Source: Thalia democratica
Taxonomy: Eukaryota
Assembly (NCBI GenBank): GCA_965202585.1
Contig: OZ241832.1
Coordinates: 35,030,001-35,094,000, forward strand
Direction of reading: 5' to 3'
DNA: 64,000 bases
Each line of letters begins with the position of its first letter. Within the stretch, counting starts at the first letter, position 1. The notes under the pieces are model-generated. The model searched no databases and was not told the DNA's origin. It saw nothing but the letters and a program-made list of their open reading frames with translations. Of this stretch, positions 1 through 11,860 are shown in pieces. Both the position numbers and the translations under genes were made by a program.

Positions 1-1420
1 AAAAAAGTAAACAAAAAAGATAATAGAATAGCAAAAAACTAAAAAGTAAATATAGCATTAGTAAGCTAGAATATTATATGCATTTTACTAACTTAAAACT
101 TTTTTTAATGACTAACTTTTTCCGAAATGTTATAAATACTATAAAACTTGACATTTGATTTCAAAGACTGATACGATCAATAAAAAAACAACACACTTTT
201 GACAAATTCAATATTATATATTTACTATTTTACTTTGCATAAAAAAACTGTACATTAAATATAAATATTACTGTAATAATGTGTCAATAAAAGGTTTGAA
301 ATATGTTTTAAAAAGGCTTTAAGTTTTGCTGACGGGGGATAGAAGTGATTTTACTAAAAACTTTTACAGCGCTAAACTTTAACATTTATAAAAACAGCTT
401 ACTAATATCAAAGATTGTTAACTACCTTTAGTCTTGATTTTGTTAGTAACAAAAAACCAAAAGTAAAAAAAAAATTATAGCATTTTGTAAAATCAGATAG
501 CATATACAATTGTATCAAATTATCTTTCTAAAAGCCAGGAATCGGTTAAAGTACGGCTTGTCAAGTATAAGTCTCTGACCCGCGACCTTTTTTGGTTATT
601 TTCAAGGCTAAACTTGTTTTAAACGATAAAGTGAGAACTTTTACAAACTAATATTTACAAAAGTTATCTTAATTTAGTTATGATTGAAAATAAAAGCATT
701 AAATTATGACTTTAAGTTTATCTAGTGTAACTTTTCAAAACTACAGCCACCCACGAAGACTTTTTTATAACAAATCCGGCCCTAGAATAATTTTTTTCTT
801 ATATTATTTTAGAGTATCTTACTATAAAATAATTACCAGTTACTGATAAAACACAACCATTCATTTTGTTAAGGACTAAAATCAAAGTAAATTTTGTTTT
901 ATCTTTAAACTAAATCAAACATTTGTTCGGGTTCTTAAACGGTTTTTACTTTAATTGTAAATATTTAGTTACACAAACTATTAACTATAACGTAGTTAAT
1001 GTTAATAAAATAGTAGTAATAAAAATAATCTAGTTATTTTTTAAATTCTTACCGTTAATGTAATTTATTTATTGCAGTAGATTTTAGTTTTGAGTTCATT
1101 TTTCAATAATTTTTTTCTCGTATAATAGTTCATTGAATTAGTATATGTACCTTTATCAATAAGCTGCATTTAATGTTATTAATAATATTCAGAAGTTATA
1201 TATGTAGGTGATTTAGTTTGTAACTAATTATATAAACACAGATAACTCAATCTAGTAACAAAGCTAATTTAATACAACAATAACTTTATTAGATTAAATT
1301 CGTTATTCATATTTAGTCTTTTATTATATTTTGTAACTATCACTGTGCTTAGCTTTATTCATTTTCTAAACAACAAAATTTAATTTTTTAGTTGTCAATT
1401 TTAGTTAAACGAGTTTAAAG

Positions 1421-1619
1421 CAGGGTTTACTAAAGTGGGCCACAGCCTGCAAAGGGGCTAAATTTAAAACTTGTACTAGATACTCTGGAGTTGATGATGA
1501 AGAGCAAAAAAAGTCTTAGGTGTATTTAAAGGAAGTTTTTTGGAAAATTTAGTCGGAGTGAGCCATGAATTTTTTAATTTTTCATAGAAACCTTATGAAA
1601 AAAAGTTTGGGAAACCCTG
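1421..1619. mobile_element. Short hAT-type MITE
   Basis: Left end CAGGGTTTACTAAA matches the reverse complement of the right end (CAGGGTTTCCCAAA). The 8-bp flanks match only 4/8, so it is old. Confidence 0.45.
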
Positions 1620-1805
1620 GGTAAGAATTTAGCCCACAACCAAGTTTTGTTGTTATTGAAAGTAATATATGATAGAAAAGTATAAAAAGGTAAAAACGCT
1701 TTGTTCATGTTTGAAATTTAATCAACGTAAAAATCAATTATATTATTTTTGCTGGTACTTCAGTTCAGAAAATAACAAGTGGGTCATTAAGTATACTTTG
1801 AGTTT

Positions 1806-2193
1806 GTAGTAGGCAACGTACTGCCCGCGAGTGAGAGTAACCGGTCCGCCGATGTTCAAAACATTTAAGTGAAATCCAGCCCGCGAAAGGTTTGCGAGCA
1901 TGTAGACTTGGCCCGCTAAATCGAAAATTGAAACTTACACTAGATTTCCTGGGGTATAAAGTGAACAGGGAAAAAAATGTCTCAGTTACAATTTTACGTG
2001 ATATTTAAAATTTTTACTAGAAAAGGTAAAAATAGGGTCATAAAAAATGAATCGATCGAACAGATCGAAACAGACTTGTCGAAATGAATAGGTGTATTTT
2101 CGTGAATTAAATGAAATTTAAATGCTCCAGCTTACCAAGGACTATTTTTTTTTCACATCAGACCTGCCGACTAAAAACGTTGTCAACCCCCGC
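1806..2193. mobile_element. Degenerate hAT-derived MITE, probably the same family as 48443-50893
   Basis: Ends (TAGTAGGCAACGT ... ACGTTGTCAACCCCCGCTA) resemble the TAGGGGTGGGCAACGT TIR, and CCCGCG/GGCCCG subterminal motifs recur inside. No clear TSD. Confidence 0.4.
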
Positions 2194-2345
2194 TATGAGT
2201 ACTAGTTTATTATCTATACTAAAACTTTAAAAAAGTATTATCTCGGTATACTAAAACAAAGGTAATTATTTAATTAAATTATACAACTTACTGTGTTTAA
2301 TAAATATAGAATGATGTTTCCAGACTTTATATTAAATAAGTTGTT

Positions 2346-3458
2346 ATGTATGTAAATCACAATACTGTTCCAGATGTTACTAGTGTAACGAACAATGATG
2401 CCTCTGAAGTTAACAATATTAGTAACAATAATTCATCAGAAAGTTTCAGCAATTTTTTGCAAATTAAAACGGGTAATTATACCTATACAGGACCAAATGA
2501 TGAAAGAAGCTACAACTATGACGTGCAAGCAATAGACATATTTAATCTGTTGTTCTGTCTGTGGATGTTTTCTGCACTGCTAAATTTTGCAATACACAAA
2601 AAGAAGAAAGGCAAAAAGTCAAAACAAAAAATGATTTTGGTGATCTATTCCTTATGCTGTTCCATATTCCCACTTATTAGTATACTTACAACTTACTCGA
2701 TATTGTTTGTAGAGTGGTCGTTGAAAAAACAACCGGTATATATACTTTCCGAAATCTTATTCGACTCGGCTGAAGTCTTCTTTTTCGTATCCATGCTGCT
2801 GATATACTTGTATCCGTGGCTCAAACAGCGCTACCTGTACCAGCAGCCACTTCTGAAGCACCTGAACACGAAAGCGGTGAGAGTGATGAGCACTTTGGCG
2901 CTCGGTTTCACGTCACTGTTCATCGCTTGCATCGGCTACTCAGTCAGCGTTCCAAAGAGGTACAAGGTGGATCCTAAAACAATGCAGTTTATGTTGGCAA
3001 ACGATTTGGAAAATTGGCGGGAAAACTCAAAAATCGTGTATTACGTAGCCGCAGGTGGGGTCGCCTTGGTTCAACTTTACCTGTTCGTGCTTATCGCACG
3101 ACCCTTGCGCGATTTCAGAAAGAAAAAGAACGATGAAAGCTCCGAGACGAGCAGGAAGGTCGTGAGAGCTCTGAAGCAAGCGGTTGTGAGTTTTGTGGTG
3201 GGCTCGGTGGCTGCGATCGTGTTCGCATTTTTGGGAGAGTACATCGACCTGAAAGAAAACATGCGCGTCAGCCTGCGCAACTCAGTGTTCGACGTCGTGA
3301 TGAACGTGTCGCTGTTCTCAGTCGTCGTTTCCCACGAAAGCTGGTGGGAGATAATAACTTTTTCCCTGCCGAAAAAATCCGCGGGAGAACCGCCCGTCAG
3401 CAGCAGTTGCACGGTGGAGAAGAAAAGGTTTTCCAGGAGAATGAGCTCTTATGTGTGA
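2346..3458 (+). CDS. Intronless orphan seven-transmembrane (GPCR-like) protein, 370 aa
   Basis: GC-rich ORF with an Asn/Ser-rich N-terminus carrying several N-x-S/T sequons and seven hydrophobic segments (IDIFNLLFCLWMFSALLNFAI to SVFDVVMNVSLFSVVVS). Basic loops, no DRY or NPxxY motif. Confidence 0.85.
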   Translation: MYVNHNTVPDVTSVTNNDASEVNNISNNNSSESFSNFLQIKTGNYTYTGPNDERSYNYDVQAIDIFNLLFCLWMFSALLNFAIHKKKKGKKSKQKMILVIYSLCCSIFPLISILTTYSILFVEWSLKKQPVYILSEILFDSAEVFFFVSMLLIYLYPWLKQRYLYQQPLLKHLNTKAVRVMSTLALGFTSLFIACIGYSVSVPKRYKVDPKTMQFMLANDLENWRENSKIVYYVAAGGVALVQLYLFVLIARPLRDFRKKKNDESSETSRKVVRALKQAVVSFVVGSVAAIVFAFLGEYIDLKENMRVSLRNSVFDVVMNVSLFSVVVSHESWWEIITFSLPKKSAGEPPVSSSCTVEKKRFSRRMSSYV

Positions 3459-5934
3459 AAACACTGAAAACTCCAGTGGGTAAAGAACATTTAACGTTTT
3501 CGTGGAGATTTTATTTTATATGATTTTTTTTTTTGAGTTTTAACTTGCAAGCATTTTGATAGTAGGTTTAAAATACCAAGTTAAGTTTTAAAAAAAGTAA
3601 TTAGAACTTTTAAATAGTCATTTGTGTTCAGAAAAAAAACAGAAAAACATTTTAATAAATAGACGCCCAATTTTTTTTGACACCTATATTAACTTTAATT
3701 TGATTAAAAGGTGTACTTGTTATCATTTTAGCAGCTTTTATTTTAGTAAAAGTGTTTATAAAACAATATATTATTTTTTCTGATGTTGAACCGTTTATTC
3801 ATCATGTTACTGAAACGAACTTGTGTTGTAACATAGTAGGGTTGGGCAATGTACAGCGTTCGACGTATTTTTACCTTGAAAACATCTTGTGCATATCAAA
3901 CTAAACTGAGTTATTTTTAAACGATTATTTTGATATGTATTGCTAATTTCATTAATTCATGACTATTAGATGATTGTTTGATTGATTTTATACTCTTTAA
4001 ATTTTTTTAATTTTATAGTAAAATTTTTTAAAGTAACTTGGCATACTAAGTTCTGCTCGCAAAAAAGTATTTTTACCCGATTTTTAGTAGTATATATTTT
4101 AGCCTTTTTTTAGTTCTTTTCTTAAACTTGAACTAATACAACTGAAAAAAAAAACTAACTTTAATAGTATTTTGTACTTTGATCTGGTATAAAAACAAAT
4201 TGTCAAATTTTTTAACAATATATTTATTATTATTGTATACATGTCTTAAATAAAATAAATTACTTTTTGAAAAAAATTAAGTAAACTCCACTAAAAGAGC
4301 TTTATTGAATGTTAGACAAAAAACTATCGGTTATTTTTAAATTTAGTTAATGTCTTATATTTTTTAATAGTAATAAAATAGTATATGTATATAAACAAGC
4401 ATTACTTTTGTGTCTTATCCAAGTTTTTTTGTTTAAACAAACATTTTTGGTTTTATTTAGTGGATTGATATATTTTGTTAATGTTTTTTATTAGTATTAA
4501 ATACTTTTAGACTAAATGACACAATGATTCGACTCCATGTTTTATTTAATAAAGTTAGTCGATTTTTTTATTTAGATAAAATTCTTCATTGTTATGACTA
4601 TTATTAACTTTCTATAAACATATATGCCTTACTTAACGCAATATTAGCGAGATGAAATACTCTATAAGTTATGCATAAATAATTTTACTAACACCAAGTA
4701 TTTTTTAAATTAGTGTTGATGAATATTTGAGGGGTTTTAAAATTATTTTTTTACAGTTCTCTATCTTTTTCACAAAAATTAGCTATGTATTGTTAACATC
4801 TTTTATTGAGTTTAAATTGTGTAAATATTTTGATTGGTATCAGCATGTAATCCTCATGAACTGATAAATCTTTAACTCATCAATAAAAAATAAATTAGCA
4901 AACGTTGTTCTTAGATTGTTTTATATTCGATTCCGTGTGCTGATCTTATTTTAAGCAATTTTGTTGTAGTTAATAATTTTTAAATGTAAATTGACGTATT
5001 AACGTACATACTTGATGACAGGATGAATAATTGACGTTATCACTTTTACTTTTATATAGTTAAAATTTTTAGTAAAACAAAAATTGTAATATAAGTAAAA
5101 AAGTAATTGGTTAACAAGTTTACAATCGTTATGGAAAAAACTGAACTTAAATAAGAACTAAACTGTATTTTACTTTTTATTACTATAAACCTATACAAAT
5201 AAGTGCAAAATTGAATCTCGTGCATTTTTGAGATTTACCCACTTGATGAAAAAAGTATCTGGTAAAACTATCACACAAAAATTTTTAACTCTGATTTTAA
5301 TTAGGTTATTGATATCATTCTTTTACTATACAATTGTACTTTATAACTTCGTAACTTAGTTGTCTCAAAGTTTTAAACTTAAAAAATCATAAATCTATTG
5401 ATAAAAACAAATAAGTTAGAGACGCGAGTCAACTTTTTGTAAAACTTAACTTTTAAGTACTAAGTAAACCTATATCGTTCAAAAATAAAAAGTATTTTTT
5501 CAAGTAGAGCCCGTAATAAAAATTTTTTTTTTGAAAATTACGGATATTATAAATTTTTATCTGGTCAACTTCTATTTTTATATTAAAATATAAAATGGAT
5601 CTTAAATTGAAATTAGCGACAAATAATTTTAAGATTTTTTGTCGATTTTAGCCAAACTGAAGGTACCGTCGTAAAGCCAAGTTTATGTCTTGGTAGAAAG
5701 CAGTGTTATATTTACTCAAGCGTGAATTTTTTAACATAAAAGAAACAAACGTTTATGCACTTCAGTGCTTAATTGACATGACAACTTTTAGCATTTTATC
5801 AACTCTGGCTAAGACTCTTAAGAACATGATCCAATAACTTTTATCTAGTTGCCAAACTACTTGCCATATCAATTAGTATGCCAAGTAGATGGGCAACTAA
5901 TAATAAAAATAGTTGGGCAAATAAAGGTCCAAGT

Positions 5935-6196
5935 GGCTACGGGTCAAATATGCACGAAGACATTTTAGCACGAAGGGTCTTTTTCTACAGAGGATCAGTT
6001 TTGTACCAGAGTAATTGTAGATAAAATTGAAAAAAATAATATGACGAAGAAAAAGAAAAAAAAGTTACGAAGAAGGATAGTTTTAGTTTAACAAAAAAAC
6101 CACTAATTAAAAAAAGTAGAAAAAAAAAAGTTTATATCAATTGAAAAATGTCAACCTGTGCAAACGTGACCCTTCGTGCATATTTGACACCCATAA
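5935..6196. mobile_element. Mutator-like MITE (GGGTCAAATATGCACGA family) inserted in a minisatellite
   Basis: TIRs GGGTCAAATATGCACGAAG / CTTCGTGCATATTTGACACCC, degenerate 9-bp flanks GGTCCAAGT / AGTCAAAGT. Same family as 42680-43465. Confidence 0.7.
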
Positions 6197-6395
6197 AGTC
6201 AAAGTAATTGTGCAATAGTAGTCCCAGTAGTTGTGCAGCTAGTAGTCCAAGTAATTGTGCAGCTAGTAGTCTAAGTAGTTGAGCAACTAGTAGTCCAAGT
6301 AATTGTGCAGCTAGTAGTCTAAGTAGTTGAGCAACTAGTAGTCCAAGTAGTTGCAACTAGATTTCTAAATAGTTAGGCAACTTGTAGTCCAAGCT
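6197..6395 (-). repeat. 24-bp minisatellite (reads GLLVAQLL on the minus strand); inverted, expanded relative of the small-ORF segment of the array
   Basis: Repeated unit TAGTAGTCCAAGTAATTGTGCAGC. The ORF track shows MQLLGLLVAQLLRLLAAQLLG on the minus strand, with frameshifts and stops at both edges. Confidence 0.8.
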
Positions 6396-6947
6396 CAAAA
6401 TTCTCTTTGCTTATTTTTAATGTATATAATTAAAGTGATTAAAGCATAGGAATTTTAACAAGATAATAAAACTGTACATGTTCATTTGTCGAAATTTTAA
6501 AAAATAAAGAAATAAATCTTTTACGCAATATCGAAAAGACTCAGCACTTTTTTGAGTTGTCACACGTTTACATGTATATCTCCTTAATACGGTCGATCAT
6601 TGTAAATTTTAAAGTACCGTCGTAAAGCCAGGACTTTAGAAACAATTTACAATAATCTTCATCTTCGTGCGACAAGAAATAACAAAGTTATGCTTTCTTG
6701 AACTTTTTGTTTTAAAATTTTAACTAAAAACTTAAATTTTTCTGAAAATCTTCAATTAAAAAATAAAAAATAAATATATCACAAGAAGAGAAATCATTCA
6801 GTTTAATGACTATTTGAAACATCGCAACTTTTTAATCTACCACTAAAATTATAACTTTAATTAACTTTTATTTATTTTTTATTGTAAAACTATTCAATAA
6901 AACCGAATTTTTCTTCATGTAGTCTTGAACATAAAACTACTACTTGA

Positions 6948-7112
6948 ATGGTTAAAAGAAAAAAACTTGATAAATTTTCAAAACTATTAATAGGTCTACT
7001 ATTAGGCCTACTACTTGGATTACTAGTTGCACAACTAATTGGAACACTGTTGGGCCTACTAATTGGTCTACCATTAGGCTTATTAGTGGCTGCTAAATTA
7101 TTACGTTACTAA
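6948..7112 (+). CDS. Candidate small cationic Gly-zipper/Leu-rich peptide, 54 aa (MVKRKKLDKFSKLLIGLLLGLLLGLLVAQLIGTLLGLLIGLPLGLLVAAKLLRY)
   Basis: ATG-to-TAA ORF below the ORF-track cutoff, with GxxxG periodicity and mixed synonymous codons (GGT/GGC/GGA; CTA/TTA/CTT). A paralog at 8975 has an aligned stop. Confidence 0.35.
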   Translation: MVKRKKLDKFSKLLIGLLLGLLLGLLVAQLIGTLLGLLIGLPLGLLVAAKLLRY

Positions 7113-7145
7113 AAAGATCACCAAACGGTAGCATACAAACAAGTA

Positions 7146-8325
7146 CAGTAGACTACCGATTAAGTACGCACTTTTTTTGGTACGCACCCGCCTTAAATAC
7201 GCACTTATCCAGAAAGACAAAATCTATTCAGAATAAAAAAAATCTTGGCCTTATTTCATTATGTCAAAAAGTGTGAGCTGCTTGGTTTTCTTTCTGTGCG
7301 AGCCCTGCTCAGATAAGGCTTCATTGTTTAGCAAACGTTGATATTTTTCAGTGGTGCTTTTTAGCTTGTGATAGAGCTCAGGAGCTATACCAAGTGCTGC
7401 TTAACTAGAGAACTGACACTCTGTTTCCACAGCTTCAGTGTATAGCTTGGTGTACCAACGAAATTGATATTGACTAGATCCTACAGCCATCTCATCATTT
7501 TCTTCATCATGAAAGTAAATAGCATCTCTTTCTAGTTCATCAATTGCCTGTTGATTTTCAATCGCAATTGCTTCAGCATACTCTGGGCTGTTTTCGTTGT
7601 CAATTTGCACGAACTGCTCAATTAGTTGATGATTGATTTCAACTTTCATTTCGTAAACAGGTGTACAAGGTCTTCAACATCTACCTCCTTTGAAGGACTT
7701 GAGTCATCTTCTAGATCGACAAATTGAGTTTTTATACCAGCTTTCCGAAAGGAGTTTTGGCTCGCTTTTGCTGTCACTGTATTACAGGCTTCTGTGATGT
7801 AGTAGGCAGCATCAATTAAGTTTGTTGGTTGGCCATGGGCAACACCAGCTACTCCTCTTCTTAGCTGCTTGGATTGGTCTAAAACCATATTTTTGGAAGC
7901 TTCATTCAAGGTATAAAATGTCAGCACATCGTTTAGATAAAGATACTTATACCTTTTCTTCAGTGCTCCAAAGATTCCTAAATCGCAAGACTGTTTCCAT
8001 CTAGTCACTGTAGCTTGGTACTTTCCCTCTAACAAAACAGAATATGGAAAATATGGCTTAATATTCTTTTTTATATCATTGACTGACATTGACTTTCTAT
8101 ATTAAATGTATGTATTAATTATGTAGAAACATTTTATAGAAAAAATAAATCATTTTAAAATCTATTAAAAAATTTTGCAGGTTTGAATTATGTATTAAAT
8201 GTTATTTAAAATAAAAAGATTTTTTTATTTGGTTTAATTATTTGGTGGCTAGTTGTAAGAAAGAAAACAAACAACTAAATTTCATATTATACTATGTCGT
8301 CAAAAAGTACGAAATTAGTCTACTG
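7146..8325 (-). mobile_element. Internally deleted pogo/Tigger (Tc1-mariner superfamily) DNA transposon with a DDE_1 transposase remnant
   Basis: TIRs CAGTAGACT...(7146) and ...AGTCTACTG (8325), each flanked by TA. Minus ORF 7646-8089 contains SCDLGIFGALKKRY and NLIDAAYYITEACNTVTAKASQNSFRKAGI, typical of the DDE_1 C-terminus. The neighbouring array unit shows the empty site (CATACAAACTAGTATTAATA near 9140). Confidence 0.9.
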
Positions 8326-8974
8326 TATTAATAGGGAGAAAAGTTAGCTGACAAACATTCGTTAAGAAAAAAAAAGGTAAGTACCAGACTCAAGAAAGCA
8401 ATTACTTTATTATCATTTTATAACTATACATAAATTAAAATAAATTATCTTTGCTAGTTTTCAAACATAAATAATTGAAGTACTTAAAGATTAGGAGCTT
8501 TAAACGAAACAATTAAAATGTACATTTGTTAAAATTTTAAAAATTATGAAATAAAGGACTCAGCTTGTTCTTCTTTTTATGCTGTCGATCTTAAGCAATT
8601 TAAAAGTACCGTCGGGAAGCTAAAACTCTAAGTAACATTTTTCAAAAATTTTCATTTTAGTGCGACAAAAAATAATAATGTTATATTATTTTATTTTTTT
8701 CTTCTTAAAATATTCTAAATACTTAACAAATTATCTGACAGCCTTCTAAATAAAACTTTAAAAAAGAATTAATATATTAGAAAAAGAAAAGTCAAATAGT
8801 AGAGTCAGTATTCGACAAATCGAAACTTCTACTTGAAAAAAAAAACTTAGATAATTTTAAAATTATTGCTCATTTCAAAACTAATCAAAAAAAACAAAAC
8901 AAGTTTTTCTTCATGTAGTCACGAAAGTATAAAAATTATTTATAAGATAATAACAATGAAAACTTTTTAAGTTT

Positions 8975-9118
8975 ATGCTAGGTTTAATCTTAGTCCAACT
9001 ATTAGGTCCATTGGTTGGTCTATTAGTCGCCCAACTATTACTAATTGGTATACTATTTGGCCTACTAATTTGTGTACTATTAGGCCCATTTGTTGCGGCT
9101 ACATTGTTACATTATTAA
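8975..9118 (+). CDS. Candidate small Leu/Gly-rich peptide, 47 aa (MLGLILVQLLGPLVGLLVAQLLLIGILFGLLICVLLGPFVAATLLHY); possibly a frameshifted paralog
   Basis: The last 20 codons align without gaps to the 6948 ORF, including LL(R/H)Y-stop. An upstream ATG at 8956 is one base out of frame. Confidence 0.3.
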   Translation: MLGLILVQLLGPLVGLLVAQLLLIGILFGLLICVLLGPFVAATLLHY

Positions 9119-11860
9119 AACAAACCAACAAACGGTAGCATACAAACTAGTATTAATAAAAAGAGTATTTAATCGACAAAAAATCTTTAAAAAAAGGTAA
9201 ACATTGATCACAATAAAACAATTTCTGTTTATCATTTTATTTACTTTTATCAAATTAAATATACTCTTTGCTAATAATTTTCAAATATAATCGGCTAAAG
9301 AACTTAAAGCATACAAAAAATTATACAAAACAATTAAACTGCACGTATTAATGTATTCTTTCGTTGATTTTTTTGAATAATTTAGAAATAAAATACTCAG
9401 CATTTTCTATGTAACTCCTAAATGCGTTTGAACTCGGCCAATTTAAAGGTTACGTCGGAAAGTCAAGGTTCTTAAAATCATTCTACATCAATGTTCATCT
9501 TTGTGCAATAATAAATAACAAATATATGTTTTCTCGAACTTTTTTCTTCTAAAAACTTAATTAAAAACTTAACAACATTTTAGACAATCTCCTATATTAA
9601 ATTCAAAAAATGGTATATTAAAAAAATAGAAAACATAAAACAGTTTAACTAGTTTGTGACAAATTGTAAACTTTTAATTTAATATAAGCACTGTAGCCCG
9701 CGGGCTGCAGTTTACTAACCCCTGCACTAAATTAATTACAAATTATTACCAAGATTTTTGTTTACTATGCTTTGCCAAGGGACTTGACAAGCTAAATTTG
9801 TCATGCATTCATGCAGAACTGATACTTTTCTGCATTTGCAAGATAAATCAAACCAATATTTTCTTATGCATGTTACTCATATTGATTTAGCTTCATATCT
9901 ACTTAAAAATAGCATAATTAAATGCCATTGAAATAGTTAAGGTAAGTTTAAATAGAAAAATAAAATTTAGTTTACATGTGGTGGTATTTAGTTCTACAAC
10001 CAAAAGGTTTTATTTCTACACCAGCTTGATAATCATTGGTGTCTTTTAAGGACACATTTTTTGAAGATATTGTGATTAATCAAAATAAAGAAAGAAAAAT
10101 GTGAACGGTCACAACTAAGGTCAACGGATTGGTTTGGAGAAAGACCTTTTGGTAATTGAGCTGCGCATCATTTGCTTGTAACTAATACTTTGAGTTAACT
10201 TTAAAACAATAATGAAAAATACAAATATTAAACATAACAAAAAACTCAAAAATTAGTTACATTTACAGTAAAAATAGTAAGTACTTGGCAATTACCTAGA
10301 AAGATGTTGCACCAATACAAAACTGAAAGTATATTATATTCATTTGTCTTTTTTAACCATAATTATAGGCCATAATAAAAAATCAACCTTTTAAGCCTAA
10401 TATGTTTAATATTAAAAGATACTTTCATACATTAATTTCATACCAAGAATTAAATACATTTATGAAAAACTAAAATATTTAATTGACTTTATTTTACAAT
10501 ATGGTAATCAATATAAATTAATATATTGATATAATCTTTTTATATTGTCAAATAAAAGAGATTAAATATTTAAGTTTTATCATGTTAAGATAAACAAACT
10601 TTATTTATGTATTTATAAAATATAAATTTTTAGCCTATAAATATAGTTAAAATAGAAATTTGTTCAACTATTTTATAGACTTGTAAGCAATTAAGTTTTA
10701 ATCAATAAAATCTAGCATTAGTAATTGATTGAATTTGTTGAAACTTGTTTAAACTACATAAAATAAAATCACCCCTAATACTAAACAGCTAAACTTGGAA
10801 AATAAAAATAATAAAAATTAACAAATGTTCTGAAAAAATAAAATAATAATAAAAGCATTTTAAGTGATTTAAATAAACTGCTTATAAACATAAAACTAAA
10901 TTTTAACAAACAAAATTAGATAACAAAAAAAAATATGAAGTTTATACTACTAAATTTAGAATCTCTATCTTCTGAAACAGATAAACACTTAAAATCTAGT
11001 AAAACAAATGATAATAAAAATATACACCTGTGTGCTTAATCACACTATCAATGAGGATGAAACAACACTTTTAAATTTTAGATACAAGAAACAGAAAAAT
11101 AAATAAATAAAATAATAATAAATTCAACTTATACCAATCCAGCTCTACTTACACCCAGTTTATGAGACCAACAGCAATCAGCACAAAAACAAAGTACAAA
11201 CACCAATACAAAGATATAAGTTTACTAATAGGTAAAGATTAAGCTTGATATTTTTCTGATTATCTTTAAAGTGAATTATCTCTCAGTCCATATTGAAATG
11301 CTCCAAGATTTCTTTTAAGTTAAAAAAAATTACTAGCCTAAGTTGCAAAAAAATTTTTATTAAGATAAAAAATTTAATAAAAAGTCTACAAATTTTTGAT
11401 TTTAATTTATGTTGTTGTGGTGTACAATGCAATAACTGAAAGGTTTTTGTGTACATCAGGTCCTTAAACTAAACTTTTTGAGCGCTTTTTTTTATCTTCA
11501 ATAAAAAATGTATTATGAATTAGCTTAGAAGAAGTCAAAAGGTATTAGCTTATACTTTGAAAAAGCCAATAAACATTTTGTTTTAAAATAAAGTTTAAAT
11601 GTTTGTAAATTTAAATATACTTAAATTAAAACTAAAATAAAATAGTTTCATAAATATAACATTGAACAATATGTCTGAAGAGTTTTAGTTATTTAAATAA
11701 AAAAATATTTGTATAAGAAATTAAATGGTATTAGCATTTAACTTTAATACCTTGTTAGGGTCCTAATAAAAGCTTTAAAAACTATCTGACTTGTATTGTT
11801 TTATTGAAACTCAGTGGTTGACACATATATACAACAATGACACAACTAGTTATAAGTATA

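Larger units (their letters stand above)
5600..9700. repeat. Diverged tandem array of ~0.85-kb units (about 4 copies: one partly inverted, one interrupted by pogo, one truncated)
   Basis: Shared blocks recur in order: GACTCAGC (6537, 8557, 9396); AAAGTACCGTCG (5661, 6611, 8603, 9445); GTGCGACAA (6667, 8660, variant near 9503); TTTTTCTTCATGTAGTC (6908, 8904); CAAACGGTAGCATACAAAC (7122, 9130). Confidence 0.85.

Noticed and set aside
1421-9724. One large hAT element capturing the 7TM gene, bounded by similar CAGGG TIRs at 1421 and 9724
   Set aside because: The 8-bp flanks differ (GTTTAAAG vs CACTAAAT), and the left TIR has a nearer partner at 1619.
9780-9899. Possible selenoprotein: the minus strand reads YEAKSI-TGA-VTC (UxxC-like)
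   Set aside because: No SECIS-like element or thioredoxin-fold context was recognised, and a 47-nt GT-AG intron or chance explains the TGA equally well.
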